A stretch of 64,000 nucleotides of DNA, taken from the NCBI RefSeq assembly GCF_001194135.2, contig NC_069000.1, positions 3,255,480 to 3,319,479 of the forward strand, read 5' to 3'. The notes below the pieces were generated by a model, which did not search any database, was not told the origin of the DNA, and saw only the letters and a list, made by a program, of their open reading frames with translations. A program made the position numbers and the translations under genes. Source of the DNA: Octopus bimaculoides. Lineage: Eukaryota. Position 1 is the first letter of the stretch. The number at the start of each line of letters is the position of its first letter. Positions 14,081 to 28,624 of this stretch are shown piece by piece.

Positions 14081-16569
14081 AAATCTTGTGTACCTGTGTG
14101 TGTGTCTGTGTTTCAAACGAATGAGCATTAGAATTTTTTTTTACCCATTTGAAATCAATGAGTTCACAGATCAAAGTAAAATGCTAAATTTATGTATTCC
14201 CTTAAAACTTCAATCGTCATGTTAGAACGGGCGTTGGCCACGCTTACCCCATCACCACCGCCACCACCACCACCGCAAAGACACATACAATCAGATGTAC
14301 ATTCATATATAAATACATATCGACACACATGCGTAGTAACATTTAATAGATATATGTACGTATGTACATATGTAACGAGAACAAGGGAGGAAGAGAGTAC
14401 GAACAATTCTTCGCATATTCCTCGGAATATTTTATTTGGTAAAATCGTGTTCTGTTTAATACTAGATGTAGATGGTTTTATAATATGACACATTTTTTTG
14501 AGGAAACTTCTCACATATATATGTAGAAAAAAAATACTAATACAAATATAAATATTTGTTTTGACTCTTGCCCAAGGGTTTTCTGTAGCGTGAACCAATC
14601 GTCAGCGAGAAAAAAAGAAACAAGTATAGGCAAGTATTGTAAAGATGCTGCTTACAGGTGTTCCGTTTGGATTCTTCCATATCAAATGACTGCGATAAAC
14701 TTGTTGTATTTTGAATCTGATGCCCTGCGGTGCAGATTTCCGCCGTTGATATATATATATATAGATTCCGTGAATAGCTAACAGAAGTTCTCACATTTCA
14801 TATATATACACATATATTGGAGAACTCTCTACATCAGATGAATTCAAATATAAGCCACAGATTCAGCTTTAGAGGGCCTGGTAATGGGTTCATCGTTTAT
14901 AGTATATTAGGTAGAAAATATTGGACGGTGAGAATATTTAGACTAACAATAAAACACGCTTCCATATTTTTAATTAACCGGACCATAAGCATTCACATAT
15001 ATACCACATATATTTGAATGAATAATATACATAAAATAGTTAATAACATTACTACAAATCATTATGTAATGAAATATATGAATTATTATCTGGAAATCGT
15101 CAATGATGATATAAGGCAGAATAAGCAGAACTTGTGGGAAGGTTTTACCACTGAACTAACAAAGATCTGTGCTGCATCTCATGTTCTTCTAATTTGTAGT
15201 TCGATATATCAACTTTTTTATATTATTAGGTTAAACTTCTAGAAACTTCGAAATATCTATTCCGCCTCGCATTTGGTTACCCACCAGCTGGTTTGGTTAG
15301 TCGGACTATATGCAGAAACGGGTTAAGGCATTTTATAACAAGTAATTTCTTATAGCTATTCTTGTTTTATTCTTTGTTTTTTTTTAAGGCAAAATATTTA
15401 GGCTATGATCCTACACTAGGAATTATATCGAGATTGTTCAGAAGACGGCAGCATTCAAATATTCTAATATGCGTCAACGCTAGAAGAACATCGATTCAGT
15501 GTTAGATCAATAATAATCAAACAAAATTTATAATCAGAAAAGTTGCAGTGCAGATAATTTTGTACTTTTGGATTAAAAAACTATATTCTTAGCTGCAAAA
15601 TGCTTGAATAATTCAAAGACATTTAATTCATGGCAAACGTAATTTGAAGAACATTGTGTACAATAGATAGTGGTGCAAATATTGTATATCTGTTCGTTAG
15701 GCTGCATTTCTTTCGTGTACAGGTTATAGGACATAGAAAATGAGCATTGAACCGTTCTAAGGCACACAAGGCATTCTGAGGTTTGATTATGAAACTAGAT
15801 CCGCATTTATCAATCAGAGCTTTAATACATCGGTTGTATCCATTCAGTCTTTTCCAGCTTAGAAGCACAGTTACCCTCACGTTACCCAATGAATCATTTC
15901 ATACTTTTAATATACGATTGGCTGTGGAAGGAAAGAAATGTGGCTGCTATTCTTTAGCAGAATGCTTGACTGTCATTGGCTCCACGTCGTTATGCATAGT
16001 AACATGATTACACACACCCAAACACACACAAGCACGTATGTGTTTATTATATTCTTATGCAACCTGGACAGAAATTGAAGCACATTGAAACATTGAATAA
16101 ATATTTAAAACACTGAGAAATCGATAAGGTATTTTTTTTTTTTATAGATCGAACTAAATTTATTAGTATGTTAGATGTAAAGTTATTACTAAAATATGAC
16201 AAATCTAATGCGTCAGATAAAGGAAATTTAAATATAAAAAGAGAATCAGCAGGTTATGGAATGAAATCACCGCATCAATAGACACTAGAACGAAACACAC
16301 TGAATAATGTATCAGTTGTAGAAGATATAAAATAACAAATGTTAGAAAGGTTTATTGTGAAATGTTAGAACTGGTTGGACATTAAACTGTAACAGACAAT
16401 ACTAGCTTTAAATCGTATGTAAATGACAGATGCTACATCATACAAAATCACTGTAAATCGTGATTGGGAAACGACTTTATACAATATATAGACTAATACA
16501 CGGCTATATTAATGGTGCTCTTATGCTCACATATCTACTAAGTCGCACTCATTCACGCACACAAATGAA

Positions 16570-16619
<50 letters not shown>

Positions 16620-16759
16620 CGATGCTGTACTGTGGCGTTGTGTTCAATCTTACTCTGCGGTAAAGCCACGGATAGATTTGGTAGAAGGAAACTGAATGAA
16701 GATTATCACATAGGGGTACGTATGTGTTTCTTTCTTTGTCCCTTACCACAGCTTGATAA

Positions 16760-16918
16760 AAGGTGTCGGCTTGTTACATGACCGTGATATAAGTTTTGAG
16801 AAAAGACACCTGTGGAATAAGTACTATAGTTTAAAAACTAAATCAATTTATTTGGCGTAACTATTCAAAACAGTACCCCCAATATGGCTGCAGTTCAATG
16901 ACTGAAACAAGAAAAAGA
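16760..16918 (+). mobile_element. SINE family B tail fragment
   Basis: gaaaagacacctgtggaataagtact..cagtacccccaatatggctgcagttcaatgactgaaacaagaaaaag. Confidence 0.65.
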
Positions 16919-16926
16919 TATATATA

Positions 16927-16991
16927 TACGAGAGGCCTGCGGAAAGTTACTGGCTTTAAGGATGTCGCAAAAGGCCTGGTCGGAGGCCCAA
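16927..16991 (+). mobile_element. Mariner-type terminal fragment
   Basis: tacgagaggcctgcggaaagttactggctttaaggatgtcgcaaaaggcctggtcggaggcccaa aligns with the reverse complement of ~30096-30162; preceded by a TA run. Confidence 0.7.
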
Positions 16992-17464
16992 ACGGAAGAA
17001 GAAGAAGTCATGATGGTTGGAATATACCTTCTAGAAAGAAAGCTCAATATGGTTGCGTTTTCTACCAGAATTGACCAGTACATCTTTCTCTCTTCAACCT
17101 TCTCCAAGTTCACATATTTGTAATTTCCTGTTAGTACTGCTACGAAAGGAGTTTCCTTTCCTTCAATTCTTGACAATAATTTCGGACTTTGTATAACTTC
17201 TAACTCTATGACTACGTCTTAATTTCCTCCTCCTTCAATCTATCTTTCTGTTCACTCTCCATTTCATTTATCTGACATCTCTTGTGTATAAAGTAGTAAG
17301 ATTCGATCCTTCCTCCGCGCTAGCACTCAATCTATATCTAGTCGGAAGACATTTTCCGGCCTTCGTTGCACAAACATTCATATATGTACGTGTAGATATA
17401 CATATACATGCATACACGAGCACAGACATGTATATATTGTATACATAGATATATACACACATTC

Positions 17465-17501
<37 letters not shown>

Positions 17502-19975
17502 ACACATTAAATATATATATATATANNNNNNNNNNNNNNNNNNNNNNNNNNNNNNNNNNNNNNNNNNNNNNNNNNNNNNNNNNNNNNNNNNNNNNNNNNN
17601 NNNNNNNNNNNNNNNNNNNNNNNNNNNNNNNNNNNNNNNNNNNNNNNNNNNNNNNNNNNNNNNNNNNNNNNNNNNNNNNNNNNNNNNNNNNNNNNNNNNN
17701 NNNNNNNNNNNNNNNNNNNNNNNNNNNNNNNNNNNNNNNNNNNNNNNNNNNNNNNNNNNNNNNNNNNNNNNNNNNNNNNNNNNNNNNNNNNNNNNNNNNN
17801 NNNNNNNNNNNNNNNNNNNNNNNNNNNNNNNNNNNNNNNNNNNNNNNNNNNNNNNNNNNNNNNNNNNNNNNNNNNNNNNNNNNNNNNNNNNNNNNNNNNN
17901 NNNNNNNNNNNNNNNNNNNNNNNNNNNNNNNNNNNNNNNNNNNNNNNNNNNNNNNNNNNNNNNNNNNNNNNNNNNNNNNNNNNNNNNNNNNNNNNNNNNN
18001 NNNNNNNNNNNNNNNNNNNNNNNNNNNNNNNNNNNNNNNNNNNNNNNNNNNNNNNNNATATATAATACGTTTGTATGTGTTTGCTGGCGTATCAGTATAT
18101 ACATGTTTGCTGATGTATGTATATACACCATTTACTGATACAAATCAGCCAGAAAACCGATTATCCGATAAACAGTTTCTCACTTTTGCCACCTGAAATG
18201 CAGAGAATCAATAAATGGGCAATTGTAAAACTATCAAGAAAGGCAATATTTGTCCACGATTATCACATATAAAATATGAATAAATTATAAATGTACAGGG
18301 CGATTTTTATAGCAATGTAAATATTAAAGGCCGACGAATGTATATAAATGAACGCATCTTTCTCTTTTGAGTCAGAGTGAAGACTAACTGCTAAGGAAGA
18401 CGTATATAGGAAGACTGTCTGCAAAGAGAGACATGTGTCAAGTAAGAGCTTTATTCCCATTCTTCGTTTTTGTTGCAGGGAGATTTAGTTCAATATGCTC
18501 CCTAGACGCGCGTGCATTTGAATGTGCAGGTGTGTTTGTGTGCGTGTGTGTGTATACGTACACATATTCCTATATACATACATATATGAATACATATATA
18601 AACATATATTCATATATATCCAATACAAAAGGTTGTAACTTTCAGTGCCGACTTTAATTGCTATAGAAAAATCTGTTGAGATAAACTTCAAATTCTTTAT
18701 ATATTTCAAACCAATTTTGAGAGGGAAAAATCATTACAACAGAGCTAAGTACATTGATTTAGAGAATTAGGTAACATTTCTCTTCGTCCGAAAATTCAAG
18801 AAAGATGAAGGTCTTCTAAACTTTCCAATGTTGAGTAAATTAATTCAGCGGATGTATATCTTTATGCCTTTGGTGGCTGACAATCTAGAATCAGATCTTG
18901 AGAAGAAATTAAACTGCGTTGAATATGAAGGCGTGATATATATTTCAATAATGAAATTCAATATTTATCATATTTCGGAGTTAATATAAAAAATAAAATT
19001 GCTTTTCCGTTCGTCGCATATACGTCATGAGTTTTGCCTAACATGAGACTAGATTTCCGCTTTAAGAATATCTTGAACGTCTAGAGATATCTATTATAAT
19101 TTCCGTTGTAAAGAATTATGAAATATGCTCTCTGATGTCATACCATGCTTTTGATGATACTTTTAGCATTTAAAAACTGTGTGCAAGCATCTATATACAT
19201 ATACACATATGTGTGTTTGTGTGTGTGTGTGTGTGTGTATTAAATATGAAATACATGTTAGTTACATAAGAAAACCGTGCCTGTGTGATAAGATGCTCGC
19301 CTCACGACTACATAAATCCGGCTTGAGTCTAGCTGCGTTGCACCTTAGGCAAAGGTCACCGGGATACAAACATATATATACCCAACCGATCAGTCAAACC
19401 CTCACCCATCAATTTCATTCAAATTTATTTAATATATACTTTAACCGTCTAATATGACGTATAATACTTATAAACAAATCCGAAACCCTTTGTAAGTTAC
19501 GGAGAGAATACTATTTAGGTTTGTTTATATAAAGATATATATATATATATATATATATGGAGAGTTGCATTTCGGGACGGTCATTATATTCTTATGCCAA
19601 ATAAACATATGCACTGTACATTTATTCTTCACTTGTTTATTACAGTTCTGATTTATTAAAATTTTAACTCATGTCCATCGTCCGTGAATCTTTCGTCAAA
19701 CATCTGTGACCTCTTTATATATATATATATATATATATATGAATGTATAATCATACTCGGCTGCACGTTTACAGAAGGGTTTTAATAACCAAGACGTGCC
19801 AGTTATCAAACACTAGCTTAAAGTTTGCTGATTTCTTCTTTATATAGCTGTGGAAATATATATATCTCAATCTCTTTTATAAAGATTAAACTCTTCGCCC
19901 TTGAGTCACGATATTTAGAAGTAAATGACATCTACATGGCACCATATGTTAAGTTACCTCTGTTCGTTATTTAGT

Positions 19976-20007
<32 letters not shown>

Positions 20008-20261
20008 NNNNNNNNNNNNNNNNNNNNNNNNNNNNNNNNNNNNNNNNNNNNNNNNNNNNNNNNNNNNNNNNNNNNNNNNNNNNNNNNNNNNNNNNNNNNN
20101 NNNNNNNNNNNNNNNNNNNNNNNNNNNNNNNNNNNNNNNNNNNNNNNNNNNNNNNNNNNNNNNNNNNNNNNNNNNNNNNNNNNNNNNNNNNNNNNNNNNN
20201 NNNNNNNNNNNNNNNNNNNNNNNNNNNNNNNNNNNNNNNNNNNNNNNNNNNNNNNNNNNNN

Positions 20262-20303
<42 letters not shown>

Positions 20304-21012
20304 ATCCGCTATTTCACTGACAATTTGCATTTCAGATTCTTCCCCGGTGGTCTGTAACGTTTATTGACTTTGTTTCTTTAAACCTTCGTGTACACACACA
20401 AAAACCAATGCAATCAGAATTCTTTAGTTGGTATGGCAAACTATCCGATTTTGTTTTGGCACAATGCTCGAAATGAATCGATGAGGATCGATATACCATT
20501 GACTGCATAGCTGGCATTGAAGTTCGGGAAGAATATCTGAACGCATAGCAGACCAATTTTCTATCTAAAGCACTTCGATTACCTACTTAAATCTTACTTT
20601 AACTACAGATAGATTTAGAAGAGATTTCATTCGTAAACACATAAAACGTTTTTTTTGTCCTTTTATTTATAAGTTATACGTAAATATGCTCCTAAAGTTT
20701 GCTAATGTAGTTGCATATTTAGGCATGTGTAACTTGAAACACACTCATACGTATATGCACACCTACACACATATTTATATACACAAAATGGGGAGGGCGG
20801 AGAAATATGCATCATTTAATCAGCGTATGTACGTTTCAGACAGATTGGCAAATTTCAAAATTTTTTCGATGCTTTGATCATGCATGTTAATCGAGCCCAT
20901 ATTTGATGAACTAAGATACTAGAGAATTAGAGAAGAAATTTAACGCCATCCTATCAAAGCTATATCCCACTTCTTGAATTAAAAACAATACAGGCACCTA
21001 CAGAAAACTATA

Positions 21013-21101
21013 TTACTCTGACGTTAGTGCACATTTAGAAACTAAGCTGTTCTTGAGCATTGACTATCTAATGGACATTCTCCATCATTTTTACAATTAT
21101 A
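21013..21101 (-). pseudogene. Penelope-like element GIY-YIG endonuclease N-terminal fragment (frameshifted)
   Basis: Translates as YNCKNDGECPLDSQC(L)KNSLVSKCALTSE* with one 1-nt frameshift; resembles the CNC..CPL.G.C...V(Y)KC.V linker and first GIY-YIG strand of PLEs, from memory. Confidence 0.5.
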
Positions 21102-22674
21102 TAACCGGTTAAGCCAATTATCTAGTGAAAAGTTCACAATCCATCCATTGTCAATATTACAAGTTGAGCTAGGAATCCCTTCTGTATTATGAAAAGAAAC
21201 ATTTGACATACACGTATGCTCTATGCATGAAATGTACTTCAGATTCATATAACTTTTTTTCCATTACGATTGTTCATATTGTCATTATAACTCTGATAAT
21301 TATTGTCTTCATCACTATCATTATCACTAATTACCATTTCCATTATCAATATTACACTCATCTTTATTATTGTTACTACTAATTACAATTAAGTGGATTG
21401 CTTCATTCCATTACAACTACCTCTCTAAACTTAATAATTTCTTAACATATTCCTATGTATGCAGCAACTAGTAAAGATGTGAGGGGAGCCATATTCTACA
21501 ATTTTATGCGAACTCATTTTGAATTTATTCGGTGATTGAACTTCCGATTTACAAATTGGATAGGCAACGGCAAATAACTTTACGGCTTACTTGGTTCACA
21601 ATAGCTATCACCGGACAATTTAGTTAGCCAATTTTTATCAATACCGAGTTCTTACAACGTTTTAGCGTGAATCTTTAATCACTGTTTTCCTATATATGCA
21701 CATATATACATAAATATATAACATACATATGTATATAATGAAATATATATGTATGTACGTACGCATGCTTGTAGGTATGTGTGTACACTTTAAATGTATA
21801 CGCATTGATTGCTTTCATGCAGATTTATTGTCCCTACTACTGATCGTTATGTAAAAATTCGAATTTTGTTAGGTTAATCTCTTTTGGATCTGTATTATAT
21901 AAATAGCTGCTGGACGTGCGTGTATATAAGTGCATACATGATGCACGCTTTTGTGTGTGCTCTGCACAAGGCTTCTCATGCACTAATATATAAGTGAAGG
22001 TGTTACTGTTGAACACAAAGCGTTAGTTGTCTTACGTGTAAATAACATACGTGCACTAAAACGGGAAATTATATAACTTACACACTGTAAAATTAATCCG
22101 AAAATTGCTTTCTTCCGCTTCATTCTACGCAAACCAGAAATCATCGTGTGCGCCATTGTATTACTTGGGAATGAAGCGGATTTCATTGAAGCAGACGATA
22201 GATTCTGTCTAGTTGTTTTTTCTTTATATTTTCCTTTTTTTATTGTTATATTTTAAATTTATTTTTGTTTGGTTCTTTGTTCTTTAATCCATGGATGTCA
22301 GTATTAACGTATATTTTAAGAAATGAAGACAAGATTGCTGGTTTCAGAAGCTGTCATCAGAACTCTCATGGATCAGTGTTCAATTTCACCTCTTGAGCAA
22401 TACATTTTCTCATTTGCGATAACCACAGGTCTAAGAATTCTTTGTGAATGAAATTTCAGACACAATAGATGTGCAAAACCCTTCAGCCTAGCAATATATA
22501 AAATTTGGTTATGAGGATTGAGATTGCTTCAGAATAAAGGCACAGCAACCTGGAGAGCGTCAAAAATGGCTAGGTACGGTCGCGGAGAACTCACGGTGCA
22601 ATAAAACATTATAGACTGCAGCTGATAGCATAATACCGAACATGTACAAGTATCAAATCCAATTTATAACTGTA

Positions 22675-22760
22675 GACCCGACATACCTCAGCAGAATTTG
22701 AACACAGAACGAAAGACTGATAAAACACGGCTCGCCATTTTACCTTGTGTTTTAACCCGC
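22675..22760 (-). mobile_element. SINE family A head fragment
   Basis: cctcagcagaatttgaacacagaacgaaagactgataaaacacggctcgccatttt. Confidence 0.55.
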
Positions 22761-25321
22761 TACAACTACTAAGAAGAAAAAGAAGAAATTAATGGATGTC
22801 TTTTCTTTACCTTTCTTAACCAGAATTAGTAACTCAAATAATTAGTAGTTATTCCGACATCCCCAGTGTAAATTTTAAATTAACTCAAATTTCTGGTCGG
22901 CTCACAACAATATATACATTAGCGCCCACTTAATAATTTTTGCATAACCAAAGTAAATCCTTTTTGACAAGCATTGTTTATTTAAACATTTATTTTATTT
23001 GTTTTAGATGGAAATAAGTGGTAACAATACAATCAAGAGAAAAACAACTGAGCGAACGCACCGCTATGCAATAAAAAACAATAAATATAGAACAAGAGTC
23101 ATTAAATTAAAACATGAAACACTTTACTAATTCTTCCATGCATTTATTGAGACAAGCTTTCAATTTCTTGAAAGCTTCTGCCACGTTTAACAACGTTATT
23201 TCGCTGTAAACAGTTTTCAGAAACGTTTACCGTTTTTTATGATTTGCTTCTTTCAGTGTTATATTATTTGTTGACGTTTCACTGTGATTGTATATCGTTT
23301 TGTTTCGCACTGAGAGAATGCATGGCTTGATTGAATTTATCCGTGAATAATGTAAAAGAGAAAAGAAATGCATGAAGCCATCGCATGAACGAATCCCTAA
23401 ACATTGAGAAATTATTGTCAGTGACAGAGTTATTCATCAGATTCAAATCAACGAATTATCTAAAATATATGGATTGTGAACGTTTGCCCCTCCTTTGAGA
23501 AGCAGTCAGACATACGCCAAAACACGCACATAAGCATACTGTCAAATATGTTACTCAGAAAAAGAAAATAAACTCGTATATTAGAAAACATAGTGACTGC
23601 ATTATTTATACAATGTTAGAGATTCAGTCTCTTAACAGACAATATTTGCTAGAGAACAGTTTAATGATGTAGAATCTTCCAAGCTTGCAAGCGTAAAGCA
23701 CAAACTATGGGACATGGCTGAAGGAAAGAATATATGTATATATGTGTGTGTCATTTTGTGAATGTGTTAATCTTAAATAAGGCAATAAAGAAAATTATGT
23801 AATGACCGTTGTTTATACCTCGTCTTGTACATCACTGTGTAAAAAACAGTATATATGGAACACAGCTACGGATTTACAATTCAGAATGGTGAAATATAAC
23901 CCAGAATCCTGCCATAAGATTAGGCGGAATTCTTTAGTATTCGAGTGTTAGATCCCGCTCAACATGCTCCATATCCTTTAATGTTTCGGGAAGTATTAAA
24001 AGTAAAAGTGAAACTATTTTACTGACACACAAAAGCCTTCTCATTCACGTCTATTTAACTGAATAGCCATGATATATTCAAATTCAATCGTATTTCATCT
24101 GAAACTATGACTAAACTGATTAAAGAGTTCCTTGTGGATAACCACGAATCAAAATAATTGCACAGGCTGCATGGAAACTCGTACAATGCCTGTCTACTTC
24201 CTTCTCCGAATATCAGTAGAATTGAAAGGGTGCGTATATCAGCAATTATAAGATTGATTGATACACGCGACTCTCTTCATTAACTGTTCCATAAAGTGCA
24301 ATACTTGTCTACAGGGAAATTATAACATTTTATTTAGACTAATTACATACTAAATTGGCCTTGTCACTTTGGCTAGAGCCTTGGTGCGAGAGATTAGGCA
24401 ATCGTTAAGGTGTGAACAATTAGATTCTTTTGTCTGTCTGCACGACAATGGCTTTCCTCGAACTCTTCCATGAAGCTCTAGTATCGCGTATATATATATA
24501 TATATAGACACATGTCATACGACGAAGTGATCTTCAAAGAATGATTTATGAGTTCATGTTTGAAAATAATCCTAATGTTTATTCTATTTCTACTAAGCAT
24601 CAACACAAGAATAGGGAGAGTAGCACAGAAACGTCGACGTAAGATGAATTTAGACGTAAGTTGAGAACCATTGTTATATTACAAAGACAAAAATACGGCA
24701 GCGACACAAAGACACTGGCAAATCACTTACATATAATTCGCACTAAATATGAATATATGTATGTGGAGAGATAACTATGTGTGTATAGATATATACGCTA
24801 AAAAATATATGTTTGTTTATATAAGTGCATGTGTGAATAGTTTTCATATGTATTATATGCATATATATATATATATTCCATACCTACGGACATGTGTGTG
24901 TGTGTGCAGAAAACCTACTTACGTACATGTATATATGTACATGTATAACATACCTTCTCACAATCACTCACACATATATTCCTACATATGTTTCAATATA
25001 TTATTTATGACAACTTTACCAAATGAATAATGCTTATAAGTTGTTTCGGGATATTTATGTATTTCCATTCCATGTGCAGGTGTTTTATCACACAATGATT
25101 AGTCTGCCACTTTACTTACGCAAACACAGTGTGTGTTATGTAACTTAAACACGAAAAGATAAGCCACATACACTGGCATAAATTATTAATCTTCCCTGTT
25201 GTATACAAGATTCTATAGAAATGCCATGTCTTATGGACGTCTAGAGACAGATTTATACAAGAAAAGTCGGATGTTATCTTTGGAAGTTGCTATCTATAAA
25301 TAGGGGCATATGCACACATAT

Positions 25322-25365
<44 letters not shown>

Positions 25366-25368
<3 letters not shown>

Positions 25369-25550
25369 AACATCGCTTGACAATCGATGCTGGTGTCTTT
25401 ACGTCTCCGTACTTTAGCGGTTCGGCAAAAGAGACCGATATAATAAGTGCTAAGCTTACAGAGAATAAGTCGTGGGGTCGATTTGCTCGACTAAAGGCCG
25501 TGCTCCAGCATGGCCGCAGTGAAATGACTGAAACAAGTAAACGAGTAAAA
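25366..25550 (+). mobile_element. SINE family B tail, well preserved, directly after a (GT)n tract
   Basis: catcgcttgacaatcgatgctggtg..ggttcggcaaaagagaccgat..gtgctccagcatggccgcagtgaaatgactgaaacaagtaaac; more than 8 related copies in the window. Confidence 0.85.
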
Positions 25551-26381
25551 TCAATGCGTACAAAACTAGTTGATTAGCGGCTTGAAGTGGGATGGGTACT
25601 ATATTCTATAGTTCACACCTCAAGTGGGAACAGTATTTCAAAAGTTACTTGAATTTCTTAGCATTTTTACAAAGACACTGGTTAGAGACATAACTGTCAA
25701 AATATCTACTTGATTGCTGTTTTTTAATTTCTCGATACTTATAAAGATCATTGGTAAAGTTACCCCACGAACTTTTGTGTTTCATATAACCTAATAAAAG
25801 TATAGAAATAGTTTTCGCGATAGAGACCCAGTTTGGTATCATTTTAAGAAATGACTAATTTGATACAGCATAACATCATTTAAAATATAAGAAAGAAAAA
25901 TTAATTGTGCACTCACGGCTTCTGAACGGGAGCACAATAATGAATATCGTAGTGAACTTACCTGAAAAATAAAAAAGAAAATAATTGTAAATCATATGGT
26001 AAATTATATTGTAATTAAAATACATATAAAAAGTCACAGATCATTTTCCACAGTAAAGCAATATAATGCATGGTTATTGTTTTTTTTATATATTAGGGAT
26101 AAACTTTCAGACGTTCACGTGATTTTATGAAGATGCAGCGGAGGTGCTTTTGGGACCAGTGTGCTGTCGGTGCGACAGAAAGTTTGTGTTTTTAAATGGC
26201 TAAAATGTTTTCCGAGCTTTGATAGTTTTTAGCTTCAGCACACAACGTCAGATCAAATCACTTGCCTGTCAAGTACTCCTACAAATGATAAAATGGAATT
26301 TTTTCTGCAGTTATCTCAGTTACCCGTAGGAGCTTTAATCAATCAAAAGGATGCCAGAAGTACAAGTCTAGTTTCTTTCTT

Positions 26382-26480
26382 CATTGCAAACCAGCAATAT
26401 TGTACGGCTTTCCCAAAGCGAGTTAACGTCACTGCGCTTTAATAATACTAAATATTCTTAACATTTTCGTCCCATTTGGG
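26382..26480 (+). pseudogene. Possible Penelope-like RT fragment, highly decayed
   Basis: HCKPAILYGFPK, then FRPI in another frame, resembling the PLE motif P.RLYGLPK.HK..P.RPI; contains stops and a frameshift. Confidence 0.3.
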
Positions 26481-26582
26481 CATAGTAATGGCTGCATTCA
26501 GCACCACAGCGCAGCATCTTTCGCAAGTCTTCAATATAGCCCCGGACTGACCAATACACTGTAAGTAAACTTGATAGACGTG

Positions 26583-26765
26583 TTTCCCCCCACCATCGTT
26601 TGGCAACCTATGATTGTTTATTTACGACTATATAACTTAGTGTCTCCGCAAAAGGGAACGACATAAGCTCGAGACAAAAAATAAATATTAGGGTTGATAT
26701 GTCTGGCTACTATAATTTCAAATCATTTCCTAGCATAGGCGCTGTACAATGACTGAAGCCAGCAG
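26583..26765 (+). mobile_element. SINE family B tail, degenerate
   Basis: cccccaccatcgtttggcaacc..ccgcaaaagggaacgac..ctagcataggcgctgtacaatgactgaa. Confidence 0.55.
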
Positions 26766-27440
26766 AGGACAGCCTCAGGTTGGGCTCGGGTATGATGCTT
26801 AAACAGGCTTAAACGATGAAACTAGATGGAAAATAAGAAAGATCGGTGATTACGCTTAAGACAGTCTTTGGTATGCTTTGAAATCGAAAACCTTATTCAA
26901 AATCATTTATACCATCACGCAACATACAATTCTCTGAATTACCATCAAAATTGAAATAAGAACATTTATAAACATAGAATTTTCATTTCCATGAGTCTTG
27001 CTGTCTATTTATAAATATCCACTGTAGTTTGCTAGCATCCAGCAATTAAAAAATAAACAAAAAAAGCTAAATAATTGTTCACGCTTCATTAATTTGCAAA
27101 GAAGAAACCAAAATCACTTTCGAGTGTATTCATTGAAAGATGCGCTCAATGCACACAGAAAAAAAAAACTGGTAATTGATGTTTGGTGTCTAGACTGAAG
27201 GTATGACGGTCCCGTGAGAAGAATAAATAAACCATTGCGTCATTGATTCATTATATTGTGTAGGTGGAGTGAAAGAGATTCAACATTAACTCAAAAATGA
27301 TTTGAAAATGGTCAAACAATTTAAAATCGAGTCAATAAATTTACGCAGAAATCAAGTCTTTATGCCGGCTGTAACTGATGCCAAACTGTATCTTCCAAAA
27401 TTGGCAGCCATTCTTTTGAATAAACATTGGCGGTGTGAAG

Positions 27441-27504
27441 ATGGCGGTTCTTGTAGGCATGAGCAACTACCAGTTTTCCTTGACTGGTCTGTGTATACAA
27501 TGCG
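27441..27504 (+). CDS. Candidate first coding exon of an unknown gene (unverified)
   Basis: AAG-ATG-GCG start context, 21 open codons (MAVLVGMSNYQFSLTGLCIQC) plus 1 nt, then a consensus donor G|GTGAGT; no homology recognised and no partner exon identified. Confidence 0.15.
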
Positions 27505-27828
27505 GTGAGTCATGGTTCACTTTGATCATTGACAGACCCCCGATATATGCAGTCTGAACGCCTACATAGAGATGTATAATTCAGCCATTTATATCTTTCC
27601 TAATTTTCTTGCAATTATATAAACACGACTAAACGTTTGCATGAATAACATCGATGAACATCTTTGAAAAATTCGTAATACTTTTATCAAACCAACAACA
27701 CCAGATTTGTTTGAAGATTAGAGAGAGAATTTGAGAAAAATGTATCTATGACGCTGGATTGAAGCAATGTGTTACAAAATATATTTGTGTTGGTGACTTT
27801 ACTCGACATGAATACAAACATTAACGTA

Positions 27829-27904
<76 letters not shown>

Positions 27905-28282
27905 CTGAGCCATAGATGTACGTGCGCTGGTATGTGCATATATAAATCCCAAAAACGGAACAAGAACGTAACGGACGACAATGAAAAAATACGGACAGAT
28001 GGACGATACAAGGACCGAACATTCATGGCTGTCTATTCATCAGTCAAGCTCTCGACTATCACTACAATTTCGGCTATACGTTCGTGTGTGTGTGTGTGTG
28101 GGGGGGCTTTTTGTGTGAGAGAGAAATACACATATACAAAGTAATGGGATGTTACAGCTGATACAAAATTTCATATTCGTCGCTGTTAAACGCTTACAAT
28201 GATATTGACACTTCTGTTGATGTTTTCCTACGTATTACATGTGATCTCCTATTTTTTGTAATCATTACAGACACACACATAC

Positions 28283-28317
<35 letters not shown>

Positions 28318-28584
28318 CTCCCTCTCTCTGGGGGTTTATGCCAATCTCTCCTTTTAGCCTTTCTGATACATATACTCAATTTGTTTCCTCTTACTCTCTC
28401 TATCTTGTCATCCGTTATTTTTTCCTCCTGAGTGTTGTTCTTTTTCTCTTTTTTTTTTTTACCCAACTGACAAGAAATCAATCACCATTTTATTCAAATA
28501 ATTTCCACTAACAAAATGTATAAAAAAAATAAATAACTCGAGAAAATAATCTCCGTTTTATTCCTTGAAACTAAAACTTGACAC

Positions 28585-28624
28585 AATAATAATGATAATA
28601 ATAATGATAATAATAATAATAATG

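Noticed and set aside
14817-15242. Two adjacent same-frame ORFs (66 and 74 aa) separated by one stop
   Set aside because: AT-rich low-complexity composition, no recognisable domain or splice signals
16992-17370. 93-aa minus-strand ORF next to a mariner end, with a possible right TIR near 17345-17371
   Set aside because: No transposase motifs recognised and TIR similarity is too weak
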